Shown one piece after another: positions 54,700-64,000 of a stretch of 64,000 bases of DNA. The DNA is from Bugula neritina (lineage: Eukaryota > Animalia > Bryozoa). The notes under the pieces were generated by a model. It did not search any database. It had not been told where the DNA came from and saw nothing but the letters and a program-made list of their open reading frames with translations. Within the stretch, counting starts at the first letter, position 1. Every line of letters begins with the position of its first letter. The stretch is from the NCBI GenBank assembly GCA_964035545.1, contig OZ037766.1, positions 19,642,767 to 19,706,766 of the forward strand, written 5' to 3'. The position numbers and the translations under genes are program-made.

Positions 54700-54876
54700 T
54701 GGAAAGGAGTTTTTAAAGCCTGCTAAGGACTTATTCATATTCATAAGAGGCACAGGAGCAATTATAACTGGATGCTCTTCCTAACATCACCAAGTAACAT
54801 GGTTTTTACTTGAGACCGAACCCATGATTTCCGGTTTACTTGGCCATCACTTTAACCCCTATAGACCACAGCTGCT
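54700..54876 (-). mobile_element. Degenerate tRNA-derived SINE
   Basis: On the - strand: A-box-like TGGTCTATAGGGG and B-box-like GGTTCGGTCTC, followed by GGTGATGTTAGGAAGAGCATCCAGTTATAA, which resembles a widespread invertebrate SINE core (recalled). The 3' boundary is approximate. Confidence 0.6.
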
Positions 54877-57699
54877 ACGCTCATTTAATAAATATTCACA
54901 TTAGAGATTAAAACATTTAAAACAGATCACTGCGTTTTAAAAACCCTATTTTAACGTTTTGTAAGGTTGGGGGGATAAGAGGGGGGACTAGTTAGCCAGG
55001 AAACAGCAATACACATTGGAGTACAAAATCAGAATTCATAGCCCTGCTTTACGGCCTATTTATTGCTGATGTTAGTTGATGGCTAATTACATGCATCCGC
55101 TGTCAGCATCTCAACACCTATATGTTGTATCTGAACAAGTCTACTGAGAATTGTTCATACTACGACCACTAGAAATAAGAGGGCTATGATTCTACAAGTG
55201 AGGTTGTATCTTGCAATCTTATACTATTAGAATGTGTCTTGTACATATACAAATGTATTCCCATTGTGTGCTTTAACCTATAAGAAAAATATCACCATTC
55301 AATTCAAATATTGATTATAGAAACTATATCTAAAAAATATTTTAAGCTTTCAAATAAATTATATGTAATTATTTGCAATTAAAATAACTATCAACTATGC
55401 CGATTTATTTATTGGTGAAATAAAACTTGTTGAAGTGCAAGCTACCAGTTTCAACTGTCCAAACATAACTTCTATTGCTCTTACACTTTTTCTATTACTA
55501 AGTAAAACTCTTAATTTTATAGTATAATTATAAAAAGTGACAACGATTATATGTTTGAAATATATATTGGAGCAATTAAGTAGTAAGCTGTTGAGGTTGA
55601 TAAGTTCATGGAACAGAAGTATGCACATATGCATATTGCATGTTTTTATTGTAAAACTCCTTGTATAGATGTAGCTAATAAAATTAATAAATTACCACTG
55701 TCTAATTTCATACAGTGAGCTACAGGTAATACTTCAGAAATAGAAAACAGGTTTTTGAAAAAAGCTTACTTTATAGAATAAAGCATAATCATATAAAAAA
55801 GCAAATATTATATTATTTAGAAAAGTAAATACCCAAAACTATAGCCGTTTTACATTATATATTATAAATAATACGTATGTATATATAATATATATGTAGG
55901 TTGTATAGTTTTTCTTCAAAGATGATTACGTGTATGAGAGTGTGTGGGAATTATTTTAGGATTTGTCTCCTCATCAGTAAATTTCACTTAAACCTTCTCT
56001 TCAACACTGCAGAGTGAAGCTGGATTGCCAGAATTTTACAAAAAGTAAATGCAACTAATATCTAAAGTATACCAAAAATGTGTTTTTATATCAACTTGTT
56101 TAGTGGTAACATTTTCCTTAACCCTCTCCTTCTTCACATGCTCATTTTTCCCCCCAGTTCCTAATACACCCGAGTGATTAAATGAATGATTGAATAGCAA
56201 GCTTCTATATATAAGCTTATCTTTCCAAATTATTTATGTAACTAACTAATGCTTCAAAAATTTTTAGTTTCTATTCAAATTTTCATATAGGTACGTAAAA
56301 AAGTTTTTAGAAATTAATTATTTTAGCAAATTGCTATTATGTGGGCTGAATATGTATGACATACATATATGTTTGCTGTTTGCTGTTATATACAATTACT
56401 AAATACCTATCATTATTATTTCATAGATTTTGGTATTGCTACAAGCTTGCTCGCTTGTTTTCAAAACTTTACAAAGCAGCAAAGATATGGTGATGATACC
56501 TGAAGCTTGTGTTTTGCTTGATAACATATTGATGATGAGTCAACAACAAAAATACTTTATATAACTTGTAATATCTACTTGGTTGTTTATTTATTGCTAG
56601 CAGGACTTGTATATTTGTGAACAAGAAATTTGAATAAAAGTTAGATGACAATATGTTGAATAATGGCTGAACCTGGGTTAAGTTGAGAAACTTTAAAAAA
56701 GTGTTAAATACTTGTGGTTTGGAGACTAGATGAAACACGAATTTAAATGTATACAAGTTAGGCTTCACCATACAGACGATACTTGTACAACATTTGCAGG
56801 TGAAACCTATAATACAATTGAGTACTATGAGGTTATAAATAATAACAATTTGAAAAATGAAAATTCTACTTTTAGCATGGGGCACATGTTTGAGCAGCTT
56901 CACCCTAATACTAAAGCTCTTTTGTATTCACTGAGTTAAGTGTACAAAAGACCTCATGCAGCGTAATTCATGATAATTGCACTGCAGCCTATAATCTTGC
57001 AGCAGCTATTACAAACTTTTGTATTAACTCATTTAAAAACATAGCTTGGCTTCATTAAAACTGCTCGTTTCGTTTTACATTCCTGATTTAATTCATTATT
57101 AGCCTATCCTGTTAATTAGAGTATAGCTTGTACACAACAAGTACTGTGTAGAAATTGAAAATGTTTGAATGTTGATTAATTGAGTTGCTAATATTTATAG
57201 GGAGGTCAGATAACATTTCAAGAAGGTATCCGTAATATTATAACTTTACATCTTGTAAGAGTAATTCTCAAAGGAGAATTGATTTAGAGATTTATTTTTG
57301 TTGGTTTTGTTTCAATTTACATTATCGTCAACACTTGTTGGAGCTGCTTATTTACATTTGAGGATGCAATAATCGCCTATGGGGATATAAAAGAGCATAA
57401 TACACTTTATAATAAATCATCAATATTAATGGACTTAGCAAGCAGCTCATTAGTTGATCACTACAACTACTTTACAGCTGTGAAATATTCTTTGTTGATA
57501 TCCGAGACTGATCAAAGGCAGCAACGTAAGTACTAACTTTCGTTTTGCTGTACATTCAGTTAGAGCAGCATTTTCTTGCTCAGCAAATTTGATCTCACAA
57601 CTTTAAAGCAATTAAACCCACCATCTACAGAGTCATCTTTGAAATTATACGTAAACAGCAGTTGGATTTGAAGCCTTTCACAAGGAGAAAGATTAAGCT

Positions 57700-60258
57700 A
57701 TGATACCAGTCTGGGTGAATCCATTTACACGGCTTTATTCTGAAGAGAAAAAGTTATTACGAACTGAAATCATAACCTCAAAAAAGATCAACCGGACTAC
57801 GGTTGAAGTTGAAAGAAACTCTGTTCCTCTAAAAGTAGTCAATACTGCGAGGTATGATGATGGGCCTTTGCCTTTTCTTGCTCCAGCGCAGCTTCGAAAT
57901 ATATCTACGGCTCCAGCCCGGTCAACTAGACCTCCATCTTATGCTAGGTGAGTACGTCATTGTATTATGGTGGACAAGAAGCTGATTGCTTTGGACTCTG
58001 AAAGAACACATTTGTAGTTTAGTTAGGTATATTCATCTTTTTGCTACACAGTTAGTTTAAGGTCATTACTTTCCAGATTCAGGCACTGCTTTACGTTATA
58101 TATAAACGGTTTCCAGGGGATAGCTCGAACAGTTTTTGTCTCACACTAATAAATTTTACATGAAAAGATAGCTCTTGCATTCCTCTTTCATATACTTTTT
58201 TGATTTTTCAATAAAAAAATTTCTGAGAAAGTTGTTGCATGATAAGTAAAATTTTACACCCTCCATGTTCCACTGCTGTAGCACAGGGGATTCATTTTAT
58301 AAAGTCTAAAAGTTAAACTTGACGTTCCTTGATATGTTTTCTCTAATATACTTTCTTTGTTTTTTGAAATTCTGTTTATGCTCTTCACAATTTGGTAAAA
58401 ACATACACCATTTTGCAAGTTTCACTGCAATTTTCTAAATTCTTCATATGGTGGTTCTAGCTACGCTCCTGTGACTAATTATAACATTCCTAGTACGTTT
58501 GCCACTCTGCGCGCTATCACAATAACATATTATAGTACCCTCTCGCACAAATTGGCAATCTATTGGATTTCTGCCAATATAATGTTCCCTGTTTTACATT
58601 AGCACTTAGCTGAAGCATCTCACTATGTTACAACCTATTGAAAATGCCTCAGCACAACATAATTCCTTGTTTGTTTGGCAGAGTTAATTTCAGCTAAATT
58701 ACTTCACTTTGCAGTCTTGTCAGTAAAGGTCTGTTTATAGTGCAGCAGTTGTACTTTCCGTTTCTCTAATTCACATATGATTATTTTAAGTACATTGTAT
58801 TCTATAAGATCAATTTAAGGTTTAACCCAGTGTTCAGTATCTAATTATTATGCGTGTATGTTGTCTGACTGTTGAACAAAAGTTAAAAAAAACTTACAAT
58901 TATAGCCATATTTATTATACATGTGTAGGATTTGCATAAGTTGACAAAAAAATTGCAACAAACTAGGGTTGAACCATGACCAACCAACTCCTCGCCGACG
59001 CCTTTAACCTCTGGACCACTCAGTCATCGTACATACGACGCGCACTATATGAGTGACTATTATTAAATAAATATTTCGCGTGCAAATGGGTTATAATTAT
59101 TAGGCTGTCAATTCATGTTGATTAGCAGTGAACTGTTGCAATAGCCTCGGGTTACTAGCAGAGGTAATGGTTTTAAACAAATAACCCAAAAGTTTAAAAA
59201 TAAGTAGCTTGCGTATTGCTAGCTACAAAAACAGGTCTGAAATAGACTGGTAAAGCAAGCTCTTATTGTAGAGTTTGCAGGTGTGCTCTAAAATAAAACT
59301 TAAACTGTATGCTATTACATAAGTATTTGTATGCAAGAGATAAATGGACAATACTGAGTTTCTGAAAACAACATACTTGAAGTTAACTTTGACAATGGTG
59401 TGTTATTTTCATCATACACTAGCACAGGTAGGGCCTATGCCCTATAGCATAAATCTCTAATCATATGAATCTTTATGAAGCCCACAGCTCATGTAAGGGT
59501 TGCAATGTAATTTGAAACTAAAAATTATGTTGCTGCATTGTGTCTAAGGTATATTAGAGAGCAGAATTTGGTTTTACTAGCCTACCCCAATGGCATTCTA
59601 CAATGCAGCTTATATGCTGGCAGTTGTAATAAGTACTGTCAATAGCAAGGTTACTATCACTGCTAGCTCTGTGCAGTATGTAACCTCTTGAATAATTGCG
59701 CCAATTTTAAACTCTTGGAAGTTGGCCAAGTTATCATATCGCAGCCAGCCACCGGAGACAAAGCATCAGAGCTATTCATATAATATTATACTGATGCACT
59801 TGGTAGCAGAGTGGCTAATCTAATATAGTTCATAGTTCAACATCCTTTACTTTGGGAATACAGCCTCTTTTTTTAGGTTTACCTAACAAAGCATGAAAAT
59901 ATCTAAATTGATATTCTGATAATTTAGAGGTACATTTTGAAAACTAGGTTAGTTGCACTTGTTTGCACAACAATAATAAAATATATATTATGCAGTATAA
60001 TAAAAACACACTTAATACTACATAATATATTATAATGATAATAATATAATATTATAAATACTATTACTGCATTTTATATCTCGGATGGTTTCCAAAAAAA
60101 TGTATCACAAGTTCTGTAATTATACATAAAAAAAACTAGCTAGGCAGCAGGTTAGAATTGAGTAAATTTTTAAAACATGAAATCATGATTTGAATATTGT
60201 TTTATTTAGGCCAACCAACCTAGGAATACTAGATCGGGTTTTAGCTGACAGTTTATAA
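57700..60258 (+). CDS. Short uncharacterised spliced ORF (~98 aa); second exon tentative
   Basis: Exon 57700-57947 (in-frame stop just upstream of the ATG, strong donor AG|GTGAGT), preceded by probable UTR exons (57478-57525; acceptor at 57630). Phase-2 join to 60210-60258 gives ...RPPSYARPTNLGILDRVLADSL*. Confidence 0.4.
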
Positions 60259-60623
60259 CATTTAGCTTTTGAGCCAGCAGCACCAGCACTTGTGAAGTAT
60301 AGGCAGAGTTAGTGAAGCGAGACTAACGAGCACTCAAATACAAGGCATATTGAGATATACAATAACAAGTCAGGAGCGTATAAATTACAAAGAATGTGGA
60401 AGGGGGACTATGTTTTTCAACAAGCTATAACTTAAACATTAATTGGCTTTTGAAAAAAAGAAAAAAGTATATTGGAGAACATAAGTTTCTTTATCTTTTC
60501 ATATTTTTTTTGTTCTTGTGACATTCAACCTGTTCGAGCTATCAGTGGAACATTGTTCATATAGAACATAAAGCACCTGGCAAAGAGCCAGAAACTGAAA
60601 AGCATGACCTTAAAGTAACTGTG
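58047..60623. mobile_element. Element (or inverted pair of elements) with long imperfect inverted repeats and TA flanks
   Basis: TA|CACAGTTAGTTTAAGGTCAT... at 58047 versus ...ATGACCTTAAAGTAACTGTG|TA at 60623. Inverted similarity continues through GATAGCTCGAACAG and ATGAAAAGATA...ATATACTTTTTT for roughly 170 bp. Confidence 0.65.
58962..59025 (-). mobile_element. tRNA-like (SINE head) relic
   Basis: On the - strand: GACTGAGTGGTCCAGAGGTTAAAGGCG...GGTTCAACCCTAGT. A- and B-box-like motifs are present but there is no clean cloverleaf. Confidence 0.45.
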
Positions 60624-62572
60624 TACTTATTATGTAGGAGAATTAGGCTACCACATTATACAGAAACAAAACTGTAGTTATAGACATAGTTTCATCCTAA
60701 TTGGACGCTTTCCAGTTGGACGATATTTTTTATTTTGGTACCATATATAATAATATACCTATATATGCCTATATAAGCGGTGTGTCGACTGCCAAATAGA
60801 GCTAGTATGCTAATAGTAATAGCTATAATAGCTAATATAAATTATTTTAATTAATAGCCCAATTTTCACGGATTTGCGTAGAAAAAGAAAATGGTGATAC
60901 ATTAATAATAGACATCATCTTCAACGAACACTTATTAACAAAATATCTTTTCAAACAACAAAAAGTATAGAAAATGCAAAATTAATAAGTTAATGCAAAG
61001 CAAAAGAACTTATTTATGTGCTAAATAACAAGCAATTGGTCCAAGTTTATTTTAATATACATATATTTCAATAATATTCAAATAAATTGCACAAAAAAAG
61101 ATATATTGTACTAAAATAAATAAATAGTGTCTAACTGGGAATCATTTATCTAGGATGACACCATAGACATCACTTTGAATGTACAATTACTTGTATTTAA
61201 GCTGTGATAGCATTGTGAAGCAGCATTGTTTTCCACAGTACTACTGAATGTTATAGTAAACTCATACTAGATGTAGTAAAATTTGACTCATTGTATTGCA
61301 TGCACTGGGGATTTTGGGGGTACTTTTTAACAGCTATTGGTGTGAAGATGTAAACATGCTAGTAAACATCAGTGCAAATTTATTAACACCAAAAAACTGA
61401 AATACAACAAATAATGAAGGCAGCTATCATTAGTAAAGGCATATTATATATGCTGAAAGGAAAGGTTGAAAGTATTTATTTTAGATGCCTCTATTACAGT
61501 CTGGAGACCAAAAAAATATAATTACTGTATACTGTATTTCTTTTTCCTCGTAACGTGCAAAAGTATATATTGTAGTATGCAGCTGGGTTCCATAAAAGTG
61601 AAATTAGTTTTGTTCAGGCCAAAATAGAAGTGTTAGGGAAAAACAAAGTTAAAGTCTGTTTTCCATTTTGTCATTGTGCACCTGAACTACAGCAAGAATT
61701 ATTATAATATTGAATATTTCACCAACATGTAACAGAGAAATGGAGCAACTTGTTACTGGTGGCACTTCACTTTACTAGTTTAATTAAAATGTATTATGGG
61801 TAGCAAATCACCATTATACTATCTTGCTACTGCTTAAGCACCTGAGGCCTATTCAAGTTACAAGTACGTGTTTGAACATAATTTGTAGTCCCCTAGGGCT
61901 CTTTTGACACATGTGAAAACTTATGTTGGCATTGAAAATGGTGTACTTAAAGGCCTAATGATGTTATTCTTCTGACTAGTGTTGAGTTCTTCTCTTCAAT
62001 TTATTTAGTTGCCTTGAAATTTGCCATTAAGCAATAGGTAATTAGACTAAATATTAAGCAATCAGGACTAATTAAAATAATCATTTGTATTATTTTTCAG
62101 TTTCATGATACTTTGGATTATGTATGACATCATAAGAATATGCAGTTAAAAGCTGTTGCATATTTACACTCGTCATGTTCACTTTTTGTGAATACAGAGT
62201 TTTAGTAATTGCTCTCAAATAAAAATAAGAACCATTAAACATTGCAAAATTTGAACTAAAGCACTTATTTTCCTTTCATCTTGGCATTGTTTATTTATTC
62301 TTCATAGAAGTAATTGAAATGAAATTCTTACCGCGTCAACAGTTTGAGAGATGTGCCAAGCTGTGGCCTTTTTAGTAGCAAAGAAAAGTCATGATGGAAC
62401 AAATGTTTTATATGAACAAAAGTCAACCTTGAATTCATGACTTAAACTAAGAACAACCAGTAAAACACTGTTTGCATATGGTATCTACAGAGCTGGGCCC
62501 AAGTCACAGTAGCTCAAGTCAAATCATAATTTAAAACAAATTCAAGCCAAAAAATTATTTGATTCAATTTAT

Positions 62573-63855
62573 GGGTGGGGCTAGTTGAAACATAAATTGC
62601 GTTTTTGAGCATAAGTTTTGAAGGAAGTTTTGGCCAATTCAAAAACCACCACCATGAAAGTCAGCCATATGTTGTTGTCTTTGTTCATTAAAACTAAATA
62701 CATAGATATTTTACTCTCTGAGATGGAGCCAATTTTTTACCTGTAATTTTTTGGCACACTGCCATTTGTCTTATAATATAAATTGTTTTACCTATTTTGC
62801 AAGTTGAAGAACAATTTATCAAAGATTAAACATAAAAATCATTAAAAAACGTCAGAATAAATTGGCATAAACAAATAACAGAAACTCTGGATGTGATCTG
62901 TTATTGTGACCATCTAACATCTCAAAGATAAGCAATGCAGAAGACTCTTTAAAACCCAAGCAGCTGCAGCAAAGTGGTAGGAAGGCTTTAAAAAGTTGTT
63001 TTCTTGTAATTCATTCTTAAACAAATTGCAGTTCAGATGAAATAGGGTCGTCTCATATGACATCAGAAAATGCAAGGTATGCTTGAGCATAACCAACATT
63101 TTTTGAGGGCTGTTTGAAGGCTCTCAACAATGGCAAATGAGTTACATCACTGCCTTGCTTTACCATATTTATCGCTGTAGTTAAGCTTTCCTTATCTGTT
63201 CCCCTACTTGTTTTCAGCATGTAATTTTGCACCATTCTAGAAACATTTGCAGATAAATAGATTAATTGCATTGTTGACCTACAGTTTCATTTGTTCTAAG
63301 ACTAAATGTATGTTTGGATTTATATATTGCGTGAAGAAAAATTTTAATTGAGAAAATATAAACTTATAAATGTGAAAATTGGTGTGCCCAATTACAATGA
63401 ACATAGTGAAAATAATTAGCGGGACAAGTTGTACATACTCAGCTCGCCTCACTTGTTATGTGGTTCAACTAGCCCCACACTGTGACGCTACAAATTATTG
63501 CCGATGTCTGCTGTGAGTGAGATATCTCTGTAACTTTAATTTATTGCCCAGCTTTGAGATCAAGTTGACAATACATGCCTGAACTTACTAGACTGGTCTA
63601 CAAAAACTTGAGAAGGTATGCAATTTTTCATGAAAAAAGGAATTTTTAGTTTGATCATTTTTTATGAAAAAAAGGTGAAAAATACTCGATCACCTGAACA
63701 ATTCTGCTTTGATTTTATATATTTCCATATGTTTGTTAGTTCACCTAAAATGCTCTTAAGTAAGAGAGAAAAAAATGGTGCAATGATTTAAAGGAAAAAA
63801 TTTAGAGCATGTGGTTCAAATAGCCCTGTGATTCAACTATCCCCACCCTTCCCTA
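62573..63855 (-). mobile_element. Decayed pogo/Tigger-like DNA transposon with a psq-HTH transposase fragment
   Basis: Inverted repeat GGGTGGGGCTAGTTGAA (62573-62589) versus TTCAACTATCCCCACCC (63832-63848), 16/17 match, with internal copies near 63460 and 63811. The - strand ORF 63053-63271 contains MVQNYMLKTSRG...SLTTAINMVKQGS...GY...AFSD, resembling the N-terminus of pogo-type transposases. Confidence 0.6.
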
Positions 63856-64000
63856 TAACTTTTAAGTTTTTTATACTTTTTTTTGAAACATTTTATGTTT
63901 TATGTCTTCTTTTAACTGTATAATTGTCCCATGCAGTGCTGATTTTCAACCAGTCAGGAAGAATAGACATCTACTGGTTGGTGGGTTTTATAACCCTGGC

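Noticed and set aside
56469-56939. 144-aa minus-strand and 69-aa plus-strand ORFs
   Set aside because: AT-rich composition, no homology recognised, and could not be chained to neighbouring exons.
58962-59025. Functional tRNA gene
   Set aside because: A/B boxes are present but acceptor and anticodon stems do not pair; treated as a SINE-like relic.

Overview
AT-rich, intron-containing animal genomic DNA, probably a marine invertebrate or lophotrochozoan (inferred from gene and TE content, not proven). All recognisable host genes are on the + strand and were assembled by hand from GT-AG junctions and reading-frame phase. (1) An 8-coding-exon JHY-like ciliary gene (275-7987) with a higher-order Q/P/M/Y repeat. 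(2) A 9-exon choline/ethanolamine kinase (13246/13342-19504). (3) A 6-exon SPEF1-like ciliary gene (30892-37398). (4) A 2-exon small secreted chitin-binding (CBM14-like) protein (38704-40124). (5) A 2-exon, 85-aa prepropeptide (41514-42284) whose second exon is not in the ORF track; it is predicted to release a Trp-rich cationic amidated peptide, YWKSGGWLRVNRFLQKVW-NH2, and is the most novel item in the window. (6) Two orphan spliced ORFs (46470-51769+ and 57700-60258). Mobile DNA includes a full-length but decayed Mag-like Ty3/gypsy element with very short LTRs, PBS, PPT and TSD (25017-29375, - strand), a probable solo LTR 53 bp upstream of the SPEF1 first coding exon, two related TA-flanked MITEs, a hAT-type MITE, a long-inverted-repeat element, a pogo-like relic, tRNA-derived SINE relics and mini/microsatellites.
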